This document shows positions 43,910 through 57,925 of a DNA stretch of 64,000 nt, one piece after another; the first letter of the stretch is position 1; every line of letters starts with the position of its first letter. A model generated the notes under the pieces. It was not told the DNA's origin, did no database searches, and was given only the letters and a program-made list of their open reading frames with translations. This DNA is from Octopus vulgaris (lineage: Eukaryota), in the NCBI GenBank assembly GCA_951406725.2, contig OX597831.1, positions 37,200,001 through 37,264,000 of the forward strand, written 5' to 3'. Position numbers and translations under genes: made by a program.

Positions 43910-46810
43910 AATAACAACACAACCACTGCTTACACATGAAAACAATAATACCAGTGATATCAGAGATGATAATGATAATAATAATGAAAAGAAACGGGTG
44001 GAGTCTCCTTATGAGCGAATAATGATACATCTAGTGATGGTGTCGTAATAAAAACACTGGTAATTGCACAACCTGATAATCGCTACCTCATATGAGTGAC
44101 AATGAAAAGACAATATGTTGTGAATAACGGTGGTAATGAAACTGAAGCCAATGATGGTGACAGTGTTACACCCGGTATGCTCAGAGATTCTGGTCCGGCT
44201 CTAGCCTGTCGATATCCGGAAAGGCGTAGATGGAGCAAACAAATTAATGCTGTTGTCATGGAGTGTTACTACCTGAGAAACCCGGTAGATGGAAATGGTG
44301 CTCAAACTAGGGGCTACCGACAACGTATGTATAATCATTGGAGAGAAACGGGATTGTTTCAATTCACGGAACAGAGACTATGTGATCAAACTAAAGCAAT
44401 AAGAAAAGATGGTTGGTTCACAGAAGTAGACATAGAAGCTATCAAAAGACGGGTCGTGGACAATAGTAGTATAGATAAGAATGAAAATACAGTTTTTACT
44501 AATAAGAGCAATCTCATAGCACAGGAAATGAGCAGTGGTGGTTTACTTGATGAGAGACATATAGATGATCTTAAAGAAGACAATAAAACTAATTGTGACA
44601 TAACAGATGAACAAAAGGCAATCTACGACAGAATAAATGTAAGACTACAGGAGAACGATAGCGAAGTTATTTGCAACCTTAAAAAGGTTGATCGATGGAA
44701 ATTGAACCAAGAAACAAAAAATGTCAATGAAATTCTGAAATATATCAGAACAAACAACATCACAGAAACAAATAATTTGATCAAGGCAGCAACTATTGTT
44801 GTAGCAGAAAATGTGGGTGTCGATGTCAAGAAAGAAAAAACATAATTGGAGGGACAAAAGAAAAGATCCATGGTGGAAAAGAAGAATCTAGGTAGGGTTA
44901 GACATGCTCTCGAAGGAAATCTCTGTGTTAGACTGAAAAGAGAATGGGGAACCTAAAAGCGAACAAAAATAAGGGGCGCTGAAAAGGAAGTATAATATTG
45001 AAAGAAAGGGCCTGAAATTAGTAGTGGAGGAACTGAAACAGAGCCTCGTTACAATGAAAGCAAAGATTGTAAGATACGACCAAAGAATGAAAGTTACCAC
45101 CAGAATACATTATTCAGAGTAGGAGTAGGTCAGAGGAGATTCTTAACGAAATAAATGGAGGGTGTACAGATGAAAAGTTGATATCATATAACATTGAAAG
45201 TCTAAGGTTTTGAAGTGACATCTGGAGCAAAGACAAGGAGCACAAGAAGGATGCTGAACGGTTGCTAGAACTGAAGCAAACAGCAGTCTGTCCAAAACAG
45301 GCAGAACTAGTCATTTCAGTTAGGGAAGTAAAGGAAATCAGAAAAAAAAATAGGCAACTGGATGGCCCCGGGACCAGATGGGTACTGGATCAAGAGATTT
45401 GGTGAATGTCATGCACGAATAGCTGCGCAACTCAACACCTTGTTAAATGCCGACCAAGCAACACTAGAGTTATTGACATTGAATAGGACAGTGTTGTGCC
45501 CGAAATACATCGAAAAATACAATACAGTAGACAATTACAGGTTGACATCCTGTTTGCCAATTATTTGGAAGTTATTGACTGGAATATTCACAGAGTCAAT
45601 GTACGAACATCTAGAAAAAAATGGAGTCCTGCCACATGAAGAGAAGTGGTGGAAGCGTAAGTGCAGAGGTACCAAGGATGAACTCCTGATAGATAAAACT
45701 GTACTCAGAGACTGCAAGAGGAGGAAAAGTAACTTAGCCATGTCATGGATCGACTATCGTAAGGCGTACGATATGATTCCACATTCTTGGATTATGGAGT
45801 GCATGAACCTGTTCGGGATTGCATCATATATTGAGCGATTTCTTGTAAAATTATGGCGAATTGGAGGATGGGCCTGACAGCATACGGATGAAGTTTAGGG
45901 ACAGTAGAATTTAAGAGGGGCATCTTCTAAGGGGACTGCCGGCCCCACTGATCTTTGTACTGTGCTTGATACCACTGACACTGATTCTGAAGAAAGCAAA
46001 AGCTGAGTATGTAATCAAAAACCGCCGACAAAAAGTCAACCGTTTGTTATTCATGGATGACCTCAAACTTTATGGTAAAGATGAAGCTCAAGTCAGTTCC
46101 CTCGTTAATACGGTGTATACCTTCAGTGCTGATATCAGAATGGAGTTCGGACTGAGAAAGTGTGGTGTGTTAATATTGAAGAGAGGTAAAATAAAATGTA
46201 AGGACGGACTAACGATACCGTCGGCGGAGGTTATGACGCAGATATCAGAGATGGGCTATAAGTACTTGGGGATTATGGAAATGGATAAATTGATGGAGAA
46301 AGAAATGACAGAAAAAATCAAGGTGGAGTACTTACACAGACTGAGACTGATCCTTAAGTCGAAATTAAACAGACGGAATGCGATCGAAGCTATCAACACC
46401 TGGGCATTTTCACTCCTTAGATATGGAGTAGGTTTAATCGAATGGATAGTAGACGAACTAAACAGCTTAGACAGAAAGACAAGGAAGTTTCTAACTAGAT
46501 ATGGGTCACTCTACCCAAAAGTGACTCAGACAAACTGTATGTGCCAACAGAAAGAGAGGGAAGAGGACATATTGGATGCAAACACAGCGTTAGAGCAGAA
46601 GAAAACAACATAGCATGGTATGTAAACAATGCCACAGAACCGCTATTACTACAAGTAAGAAGATCAGGCATGTGTGAGATGAAAGATTGCAAACATAAAG
46701 CACTAAACAAGAAATTGAAAACGAATGAAACTGAAAATAGGTGGGTAAAGAAAAGAACTGAAGGTCAATTTCATATGAACGTTGAAGATAAGAAAAAAGA
46801 TGGCTGCAGA
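43910..46810 (+). pseudogene. Degenerate Dong/R4-type retrotransposon family A (N-terminus and RT; 3' end lost)
   Basis: ORF pieces 44096-44845 (RRRWSKQINAVVMECY...GYRQRMYNHW...TEQRLCDQ, the R4/Dong-type N-terminal block), 45362-45877 (APGPDG, NYRLTSCL, GTKDELL, WIDYRKAYD), 45966-46613 (LLFMDD, YKYLG) and 46541-46810 (EREGRGH). Multiple stops and frameshifts. Ends at a (TAC)n tract before the zinc knuckle. Confidence 0.88.
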
Positions 46811-46843
<33 letters not shown>

Positions 46844-46849
46844 CATAAC

Positions 46850-46905
<56 letters not shown>

Positions 46906-46908
<3 letters not shown>

Positions 46909-48855
46909 GCCTGGATTGACTACAAAAAGGCGTTTGATAGCATCCCCCACACATGGATCCTCGAAACACTAGCCATTAACAAAGTAGCACCAACAATCAT
47001 AAAATTCATAGAGCACTCTATGAATAAATGGCAAACAGTCCTACACCTCCAAACAAAAGAGGGACCCATGAAAACCAAAGACATCCCCATTAGAAGAGGA
47101 ATATTCCAGGGAGACACGCTCTCTCCACTCCTTTTCTGCTTGGCACTGTCACCTCTATCTGATATGCTAAATAGAACTGGGTGCGGATATAAATGTTACG
47201 GCAAAACGATCAGCCACCTTTTATATATGGATGACCTAAAACTATACGCTGCAAATGACAAACAGCTGGAAACACTATTAAAGACAGTTCATGGATTTAC
47301 CAAAGAAATAGATATGAAATTTGGATTAGAAAAATGCTCCAAAGTAACCATGAAAAGAGGAAAACTAGTTAAGAGTAAAATCATCACACTAGATAAAACC
47401 AATGAAATAAAAGAATTAGACCAAAGCCAAACTTACAAATACTTAGGAATCCATGAACTAGATAAGACACAACACACACAAATGAAAGAGAAAATAAAAA
47501 AAGAATATTATAGACGAGTTAGATCAATACTAAAAACAGAGCTCAATGCTAAAAACAAGATAATAGGTATCAACACTTTAGCTGTCCCAGTTATAAGTTA
47601 CAGCTACAATATCCTTAACTGGACACGAAATGAACTGTCCAAAATAGATAGGAAAACAAGAAAAATACTGACAGGATCTAGAATGCATCACCCAAAATCT
47701 GACATAGAAAGACTATATATACAACGTATAGAAGGTGGTAGAGGCCTTATACAGCTGGAAAACTACTATAAAATAACCACCATAGGACTGCAAAAATACC
47801 TACTTCAGAAGGAAGGAAAACTGATCCAGATAGCAGCAAAACACGAGCAAAACAAAAAACTGTTCTCAGTATTTAAGGAAGCTGACAAATACAAACAAGA
47901 AATCATACCACCTAATAAACACGAAGAAGAAGAAGAAGATGATGAAGAAACAACAAAAGCTATAAAACAAATGAAATCCAAACTAAAAATAGAACAGCAA
48001 CGAACCATGATAAAACGATGGCAAGAAAAGCCCCTTCATGGTAAATACTGCACTAAACTAAACGCAAAAGAAATAGACAAAGAAAAATCCCAGCAATGGT
48101 TGAGAAGCTCAGGACTCAAAGCAGAAACAGAGGGATTTTTAATTGCAGCAGAAGACCAAAGCCTCCCCACCAGAAATTACCAAAAACATGTAATGAAAAG
48201 AAATATTACAAGTAACTGCAGAATATGTGGAGATGGACAAGAAACAATAAATCATATCATCTCTGGCTGCTCAGTCCTGGCTAAGAAGGAATATATTCAC
48301 AGACATGACAGAGTTGGAACCTACATACATTGGAAGCTATGCCAACATTATGGAATAACAACAGAAAAAAGATGGTATTGGCACACACCAGAAAAGGTCA
48401 CAGAAAACGAGAAAGCAACCATACTCTGGGATATGCCGATACACACAGATAGAGAAATTAAGGCCAACAAACCAGATATAGTTGTCAGAGATCATGAAGA
48501 AAAGAAATGCTTTCTAATTGATGTATCAATACCGGCAGATGACAACGTGTCTCTAAAAGAAATGGAGAAACTCTCAAAATACAAAGACCTGGAAATAGAG
48601 GTAACTAGAATGTGGAATCTGAAAACAGAAACAATTCCTATCATAGTAGGTGCATTAGGCATGATAAAAAAATATTCAGACAAATACATAACAAAAACAC
48701 CAGGACTTACAAACACATATAACATACAGAAAATTGCACTACTAGGCACTGCCACATCCTACGCAGAACACTTTCCATACAATAACCATCAGAGCATCAC
48801 AACAAATCACAGCACATACCCAAGGCACACAGAGCTGCGCTCGGTAGTGAAGTGA
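46906..48855 (+). CDS. R4/Dong-clade non-LTR retrotransposon ORF (5'-truncated): C-terminal RT, CCHC zinc knuckle, restriction-like endonuclease
   Basis: 649-aa ORF with RT motifs AWIDYKKAFDSIPH, RGIFQGDTLSPLLF, LYMDD, KFGLEKC and YKYLG; EGGRGL; CRICGDGQETINHIISGC plus RHD; KPDIVV...FLIDVSIP...KLSKYKDLE nuclease; IPIIVGALG. RT motifs 0-2 are missing. The last ~34 aa are frameshifted (see findings). Confidence 0.93.
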
Positions 48856-48883
48856 AAGCACGCTATAAAAATAAAACTACTGA
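46906..48883 (+). mobile_element. Dong/R4-type retrotransposon family B, 5'-truncated copy inside (AAT)n
   Basis: Flanked by (AAT)n on both sides. The 3' UTR ends ...AAAATAAAACTACTG then AATAAT. TAA-repeat targeting is established for Dong (R4 clade). Confidence 0.9.
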
Positions 48884-48903
48884 ATAATAATAATAATAAT
48901 AAT

Positions 48904-49202
48904 AAGACCTGGAAATAGAGGTAACCAGAATGTAGAATCTAAAAACAGAAACAATTCCTATCATAATAGGTGCATTAGGCATGATAAAAACATATTCAGA
49001 CAAATACATAACAAAAACACCAGGACTTACAAACACGTATAACATACAGTAACTTGCACTACTAGGCACTGCACACATCCTACGCAGAACACTTTATATA
49101 CAATAACCATCAAAGCATCACAACAAATCACAGCACATACCTAAGGCACACAGAGCTGCGCTCGGTAGTGAAGTGAAAGCACGCTATAAAAATATACTAC
49201 TG
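48904..49202 (+). mobile_element. Second, ~300-bp 5'-truncated copy of Dong family B
   Basis: Near-identical to 48584-48883 (DLEIEVTRM...IPIIIGALG...GTAHILRRTL plus the same 3' UTR ending CTACTG-AATAAT), with an in-frame stop. AAT-flanked. Confidence 0.9.
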
Positions 49203-49212
49203 AATAATAATG

Positions 49213-49303
<91 letters not shown>

Positions 49304-49440
49304 TAATAATAATAATAATAGGAAGACACTCGGCAAGAAATGGAAGAAAATTTGAAAGAAGAAGAAAAAAAAGTAATAATAATAATAATAATAATAATAA
49401 AATAAAACTACTGAATAATAATAATAATAATAATAATAAT

Positions 49441-49653
49441 TCTTTCTACTGGAAGCACAAGACCGCAAATTTGGGGGAGGGGATTACGTCGATTACATGA
49501 ACCCAAATGTGTAACTGGTACTTATTTAACCGACCCCGAGAGGATGAAAGACAAAGTCGACCTCGGCAGAATTTGAACTCTGAACGTGAAGATAGACGAA
49601 ATACCGTTAAGCATTTCGTCTGGCGTTCGAAGGATTCTGCCAGCCCCTCACCT
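49441..49653 (-). mobile_element. SINE family B variant with alternative 3' end
   Basis: Same head and core; tail CCCTCCCCCAAATTTGCGGTCTTGTGCTTCCAGTAGAAAGA then (ATT)n. Confidence 0.8.
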
Positions 49654-49686
49654 TAAAGAATAATGATAATGATGATGATGATGATG

Positions 49687-49742
<56 letters not shown>

Positions 49743-49782
49743 CATAATTGCACATTATTAGTCACAGGGGTTCATAATTATA

Positions 49783-49894
49783 GTGATGCATGTGCCTAGT
49801 GTACCCTTATCAGACAGGTAGCCATGAAGGGTATACTGGGCTTCGCATATTTTACCCCAGTGTCATATTGATGGCATGCAGTGTTCTCTCACTC

Positions 49895-49895
<1 letters not shown>
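49783..49895 (+). mobile_element. 5'-truncated copy of repeat X
   Basis: GTGATGCATGTGCC...TTTTACCCCAGTGTCA...CTCTCACTC-AATAAT matches the 3' end of X. Confidence 0.8.
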
Positions 49896-49927
<32 letters not shown>

Positions 49928-50409
49928 CATAATAATAATAATAGTTATAATAAACTTGTTTATTACCAGAAGTGCTTATGCGTATTTTTCTGATAAATGA
50001 CGTTTCTCATCTTAAGCCTAAAGAAAAGACAAAGTCGTAAGTTTTGTGATGGTTAGTATTGAAAAGATAAATAAAACCATAAATTTGAAATAGTATGAAG
50101 ACAATAAACATTAATTCTTTTCTTTATTTTAATGTTTTCCATTTATTTGCTTATATTTCTGTTTTCCTTCGATTTTTTTTTTGCTTTTTAAAAATTGATA
50201 AAATTCCAGTTGATTTTGAATGTCTGGTGGAGATAATAGAATGAAAAAAAAAAAACGAGAGGAACAGAAAGAAAAATAGGAATGAAAATAATAGAAATTA
50301 TTCATGAAGGATTTAGTGTTGAAATACCTAATACGTGGAGATTTGAAGTATTAATGTTGCCTTGTCATAAAATAAAGAAACTCATATTCCGTGCGTTTTC
50401 ATATTATAT

Positions 50410-50466
<57 letters not shown>

Positions 50467-50532
50467 TATATAATTGTAATAATAACAATCATCGGATGGA
50501 ATTTATAAACATATATATATATATATATATAA

Positions 50533-50920
50533 AGCCTGTTTCCCCAAACTACTACATGGTTACAAGTTGAGCCCCACTGCGTGGCTCCTTGGGCAAGTGT
50601 CTTCTACTGTAGTCTCGGGCCAATAAAATCCTTCTGTGTGGTTATAGTAGAGGGAAACTGAATGAAGCCCGTCGTATGTATAAGTATAAATCTATGTGTT
50701 TTTGCATCTGTGTTTGTCCTCATCACCACCACCACCAACGCTAGACAACCGGTATTGCTTTGTTTGCGTTCCCGTAACCTAATGTTCGGCAAAGGAGACC
50801 GATACGATAAGCACCAGGCTTTAAAAAAATCAGTCCCCGGTTCGATTTATTCGACTAAAACACTTTTAAGGCGGCACCCCAGCATAGCTGCTGTCAAGTG
50901 ACTGCATCAAATAAACGATA
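50533..50920 (+). mobile_element. SINE family A, diverged
   Basis: CCCACTGCGTGGCTCCTTGGGCAAGTGTCTTCTAC...GGCGGCACCCCAGCATAGCTG. Confidence 0.8.
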
Positions 50921-51292
50921 AACGATACATAGATACATACGTACATACATACATACATACATACATACATACATACATACATACATACATACATACATAC
51001 ATGCATACATACATACATAGATACATACATAAAAACATACATACATACATACTTACATATATATACACGGAAATATTTACGAGTAATTTATGTATATAAA
51101 AGGATAGAATACCTTCCCGTTTCATTTAGACTCAATGCCATTTTTTCGTGTTCTCTGTTGCATATATTTCCACCTAGTCGGAAAGCGATCAGTCGCAGGA
51201 TTGCTTGGGTTTGACAGCCTGGTCCATATGAATTTATACATACGTATATACATACATACATACATGCATGCATACATACATACATACATACA

Positions 51293-51326
<34 letters not shown>

Positions 51327-51475
51327 CATACATATATACATACATACATATATAATAAGAGTAACTAATATCTTTTATGGTTTTTAAAAAAACCCAACAA
51401 TTATTTACTGGTAGATTTCGACATGTAAATATAACCATTAACGGTAGGAACTTTAATAAAAGTTCAATATATATA

Positions 51476-51727
<252 letters not shown>

Positions 51728-51829
51728 CATATATATGCCAAGTGTTTCCCTCTATCGGATTTCCAGACGCATGTTTCTGGTTATTTAGCTTCCTCAATGA
51801 AAATTAGTGAAGAGAGATAATCCTAGGCT

Positions 51830-52485
51830 GATTCAAAGCTGCAGATTTAACTAAGATCAGTCAACATTAGTGACTGAGCTGCGCTATTGGACCGCATGTG
51901 TGAAATGAAAATAACAGCATCAGCTTCAAGCACTAGTTAGATATAAACTAACGTTAGCTGAGTTTTATTATTTTTGTGGCATATTTTAGCTTCTAAAAGC
52001 AAATTTACTGCAATAACTTAGGATAAAAATTATCTAATAAACCCATAAGCTATTTTGTGGCTTTCTTATATTATATTTTAATTAAGATATACATATTATT
52101 TTTTTTTAAACAAATACTGCTTCTTCCAACTTTAATTTTTACCTAGACTGCCGGCATTTTACAAAACAAGAGATTTGTTAAACTATGAGCTTCTGCATCA
52201 GTAGAGGTTGAATGTGTTTGCCTATGCAGTTGCCAGTATGTTCTTCCTTTTGATGTTGCTCAAAGAAGCAGAAATCTAGTTTTATGAATTCCATCGCCAC
52301 TGCATGATGCTTTTCCTGTGCTACTGATATACATCTGTGCATTTTTAGCATTACACGTTTACAGGAGATAATTTCTGGACTAGAATACCACTAGAATACC
52401 ACAGTTTTGTGCGTTTCACAGCATAACTACTCTACGTAATATATACGAAATGCTAATTTCAACTAATGCTGCTTCTGTCGCTAAT
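51830..52485 (-). pseudogene. Possible hAT (Buster-like) relic
   Basis: Short minus-strand peptides such as ATEAALVEISISY loosely resemble Buster A.EASY segments. Heavily decayed. Confidence 0.25.
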
Positions 52486-52976
52486 AAGACACACACACAC
52501 ATACACACACATACACACACATACATATACACTCACATATACACCACAAACACACACAGCACACGTACACAGACCCTATCACACACACACACTTACTCGC
52601 ACACAGACAGTTACCATCACACGCACACACATCACTACGCACTCACAGTACCACGCACACACAGTACCATGCACACACACACACGCTACCATACATACAT
52701 TGTTGTTGTTGTTGTTGTGCTTTGTATTGTATGTTGGTGGAAAGTGTGGTGCCATGCAATTAAAACACTGTTTGTACACTGCATGATCTATGTACTGATC
52801 TGTCTAGTCACGTATTTACAAGTACTCTGTCGTACCAAGCAGCTGCTTTCAGGGATTATGTGGTCAATTGTCTCTGCATTTCGTTTTCGGATTTGGTTTG
52901 CAAGATTCCTTATGCAAGTGTCAAAGCATATTATTTTGTGTCTGAAGGGAGTCATTCTCTTTCAGTATATATATAA

Positions 52977-53011
<35 letters not shown>

Positions 53012-53125
53012 CGAGGTTTTCGTCTACCATGTCCAATCACAAGTCTCTTGTCAGCAGCCCGAGGCTATAGTAGAAGTCGTTCGACGTGCTACGCTGTGGA
53101 ACTTAACCTGGATCTTCTGAGCCTA

Positions 53126-53314
53126 GATCGTTAGCCACTACACACATTTTTTTCTCTCCTTGTTTCTCTCCTTGTTTTTTCTGTGTCCCTTTCTGTAGAA
53201 GAGCGTAGGCTCGAAACGTAAAAGACTTTTCTATTCCTGAGCGTTATACAAATACATCCGTTTGCTTTGTACACCACCTGTCTTCGTCTTTTGTTTTTTC
53301 GTAAACTCTCCCTA
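53126..53314 (+). mobile_element. Short TA-flanked repeat family with a hammerhead-like motif (other copies 29201-29382 -, 39795-39984 -)
   Basis: Three colinear ~185-bp copies sharing GAAGAGCGTAGGCTCGAAACGTAAAAGAC (with substitutions) and CACCTGTCTTCGTCTTTTG. Confidence 0.75.
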
Positions 53315-53402
53315 TATATATGTATATGTGTATGTATGTATGTATGTATGTATGTATGTATGTATGTATGTATGTATGTATGCATGTATGTATGTATGTA
53401 CG

Positions 53403-53437
<35 letters not shown>

Positions 53438-53649
53438 GATAGACACATATCAGTACATAAACTTATGTCCACATGTACATACGCATATACAAACACAGAC
53501 ACGTCTACACGCTTACATACCTAAATACTCACATATATATATAAGTACATAGAAGCATACATACGTACTTACATACATACATGCATACGTGCATACACAC
53601 ATACATACATACATGGATACATACATACATACATACATACATACATACA

Positions 53650-53680
<31 letters not shown>

Positions 53681-53852
53681 TATGAACTAACTGCTACTTT
53701 CTCAGATGCAGCACGGAATTTTTTCAGTGAATAGGTCGCAGTTTCAAAGTGACGAAAATATTTTGACAAATTAAATTTAAGTGGTGAAGTGAATCTAACA
53801 GGTTTGTGTGTTTTTAAATGACTCAAAGCACCTTCCATGCTGCAATTATATA

Positions 53853-53927
<75 letters not shown>

Positions 53928-54029
53928 GGTTTAAGTACTAGGCTTACAAGGAATATGTTGTGTTTCAATTCCTTCTACTAAAATTGGTACTTCATAATGG
54001 CCGCAGACAAATTACTGTAACAAGTAAAA

Positions 54030-54084
<55 letters not shown>

Positions 54085-55287
54085 CAAGTATATATATGTA
54101 TATATATATATTTATATATATATATGACATTTATAAAATATTTGTTTATAAACATTATATGTAGTAGTAGACAGTTTAAGTATATACGTAAAATATGGCT
54201 GAAATTGATGAGTGATCGTTTGACCCAGTCGAATGTGCTTGTAGTCGTGTAAGCGTTGATATATAGGTTCGACTCTTCTGGCTAGGATTAGCTCATCATT
54301 CTTGAGTCAATTTGTTCATATACAAATTTCGCTTTAAATTGGAGTATAGATATATTATCTTTATGATATATTATCATAGTTATAAATATATATATATTCA
54401 TTATTTTCACAAGAATTTAGTAACTTTGTAGAAGATGAGGAAGCGGTTTTGTTTGTGGAACAGTAGCACTCGAAGCACATAAAGCTTTAGACAGCATCAT
54501 GTAAATATTAGGTACAAAAACCCGTCTGCTATAAAAAGGAAGTTACCCGTAGGACTCGAACTCACATTTCATATGACGAGGTATATACACAAGATTAGAA
54601 AGGAGGTTACGCTCAGAGATAATGATGGTGACATGAGACCTTGTCACTTTGTGACATAGTAATGGAAGTCGGCTTTAAAGTGAACATCTTAACTAACCTT
54701 AAATCCAAACGCATTACAAAATTGAAATTTAAAATACGTTATCAGATTATCTATCATTACTCGCTCTGTGAATGAGAGCGTATAGACATAATTATATTAG
54801 AAATAAAGGCTCGTAGTCTGACTCATTCCAATCTGGTACTAAATACATATTCAGAATGAAGTCATGTGATGAAGATTGGAGATCAAAAGGATCGAAACGA
54901 AACGTTGTATATAGTTAAATATTAATGGAGCAAACTATATTTCATTTCGAATGTTGAGGTTAATAAACCGAAAAATTATTCTCACACCGGGAAAGGTGTT
55001 AGAGATCTAGAGTAAAATAAAATATTTTAAAAATGATGCCTTTTAAAATGCCAGAATGATAGTTCATTATAGTAGAGATATGATGTAGAATTTTATGCAA
55101 CTTAAATATCAAAGCGAACATGAGAAAATTTTCAGAAATAAAATTGTGTTTAATGTTCTCTTATCCAAGAATATCTGAATATCTAATGATACTTTATTTA
55201 AAACAAAAACAAAAACAAAAACAAAAAACAATAAAAAAATCAGAGATAACGATATTTTAAAAATATATTACAAATCAAAAAATGAAG

Positions 55288-55540
<253 letters not shown>

Positions 55541-55808
55541 AAATGAATGATGTAATAAAAAATATGTAAATGAATAAATTAAAATAGCAACCAACCAATA
55601 GAGACATAACAATTGAAATAACGCAGTTCTAAGAGTTGTGAAAATTCTGAAAAAAAAAATGGCTTCTGTATTTAGTTGTCTCTACAATTATATTATTCTA
55701 TTCCGCAACTTACATACTTACATATATATACATATATACATACATGGAACATATACACACCCTCACACAATATACATATATAATCTCTCTCTTTCTCTCT
55801 TACTCTCA

Positions 55809-55847
<39 letters not shown>

Positions 55848-57599
55848 GATATGTCAAATATAAATATATATGTATGTGTATATGTATATATGTGTATATA
55901 TATATACATATATATGTATATATATATATATATGTATGTATATACATATGTCTATATGTATATATATATGAACATATATCTATGTGTATGTACATGTATT
56001 CAGTTATGTATGGATGTATGTGTAAGTATGTATATCAGTGTGTGTGTGCGTTTGCGTGTGTTAGTGTGTGTGTGTGTGTGTGTGCACGCGTGAGTTTATA
56101 TTTTTATTTATATATTTAAATATATACATAGCCTGTAGATATTAATACAATTTTCTCTATATACATAAATATACCTACCTATGGACCTACCTGCATGCAT
56201 ATATACATACACCTGTATGTATATATATTTGTAATATATGTTCGTTTATATATATATATATATTATTTAAATGTATATTTATGTTATATATTATTACAAT
56301 TAATTATGCAAACACACATGCACACGCGCGTGCACGCACACGTACACACACACATGCACATAGACATACATATATGCAAATTTACTCATATACCCTTACA
56401 TTATTGAATACATACACATATACACTTTTGCATCGTAGCTGCAACACGATTTGAAGCAATGCCGCCTGATGATTGTTCTCTTAAACCTGCTCAGATGAAG
56501 CTTTCCAGTCCTGTTAGGGACTTGTGCACGTTTTAAAAGATTTGGCAACGATGGGCGCTTCTTTCAGCTGGTGTTCAGAGAAATACTAGCAACGGTAAAG
56601 CAAAACTTCATTCCTAAATGGAAATATTCACTGCATGTTTTTGCCTTTCATGGATACGACCAGGTACAATAAACAACACATAACAGAGATGTTAAAAAAT
56701 AATGCGATGCCTATGCCTGAAGATTTCTAAGGAATTTCAGAGCATAATCCCTCCTCACTAAAATATGCATGTTTTTGCCCATGAAGAACTACTATATAAC
56801 TGTCTATAACTGTAACTGAAATTGCAAATGTTATATCAGAATTCTCCATCTCTTAGTGAGATGTCAAGTTAAAGACTAGGGTGTTCTCAATTTCAGGAGG
56901 TTGGTGGCCATTAATTCTACTGATTTCATCCGCTCCATAACATATTTTGTCTCTTGTCTTGGAGAGTGGCAAACGAAGACTACTTATATACATACATAAC
57001 CATTCATATAACATGCAGAAACATACACACACTCACGCACTCGTATATGTAAGTATATATATGAATATATATTTAATTATTTATTTATAAGCTACGTATA
57101 GACGCGATACCTGGAACATTCAATGTTTAAAAGAGTGCTTATGTTTCAAAGGACGAATATTTACGCAAGAGACAATCACACGCATACATTCATAAAAATG
57201 CATACATACATGTTTGTATACATTCATGTATGCATGCATACATACACACACATACATACTTAAATACATGCATGCATACATATACGCATACATATATACA
57301 TAGGTTGGGAAATCGATCATTCACAGCAGCTTTAGTCTTGAAGACTGAAACAAACCATAAAATTAAAGAACAAGAGAGGGGCATCGCTGATTTCGACGAT
57401 GAGCATTTCAATTTTTCGATCAATCAAACTATCTTCTTAATCTTAATGTGAATGGCCGAGTATCCCACAAAAACTCAACCGGTAACTAATTCTTTCGCTA
57501 GATGGAGATGTTGAAAGGTTGTCTCCTCGAGTTATTCCAACTGTTTTTATGGGCCCCCAAGCTTTTTTTCTACATGTCTTCATTCACAATACTTGAATC

Positions 57600-57925
57600 A
57601 TTATTTTCTAATCTAGGCACAAGGCCCGAAATTTTGGTGGAGTGGGCAGTCGATTACCTCGACCCCAGTACACAACTGGTACTTAATTAATCGAGCCCGA
57701 AAGAATGAAAGGCAAAGTCAACCTCGGTGGAATTTAAACTCAGAACGTAAAGACAGACGAAATACCTATTTCTTTACTACCCACAATGAGCTAAACACAG
57801 AGAACACAAACAAGGACATACAAAGGGATTAAGTCGATTATATCGACCCCAATGCGTAACTGGTACTTAATTTATCGACCCCGAAAGAATGAAAGGCAAA
57901 GGCGACCTTGGCGGAATTTGAACTT
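57600..57925 (-). mobile_element. SINE family B, two nested partial copies
   Basis: Two Nin-like cores joined at GAAATAGGTATTTCGTC (minus strand). Confidence 0.8.

Noticed and set aside
44096-48855. One continuous element or gene spanning all RT ORFs
   Set aside because: The RT motifs WIDY.KA.D and MDD occur twice in divergent versions, so these are two separate elements split by a microsatellite.
49746-49767. AATTGCAC start resembling the miR-92 seed
   Set aside because: The rest of the sequence does not match and no precursor hairpin is evident.
43190-49945. Repeat-spacer-like alternation suggesting a CRISPR-type array next to an RT
   Set aside because: The 'repeats' are variable-length AAT tracts and the 'spacers' are retroelement fragments. 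There are no fixed-length repeats or cas genes, and the RT is non-LTR type.
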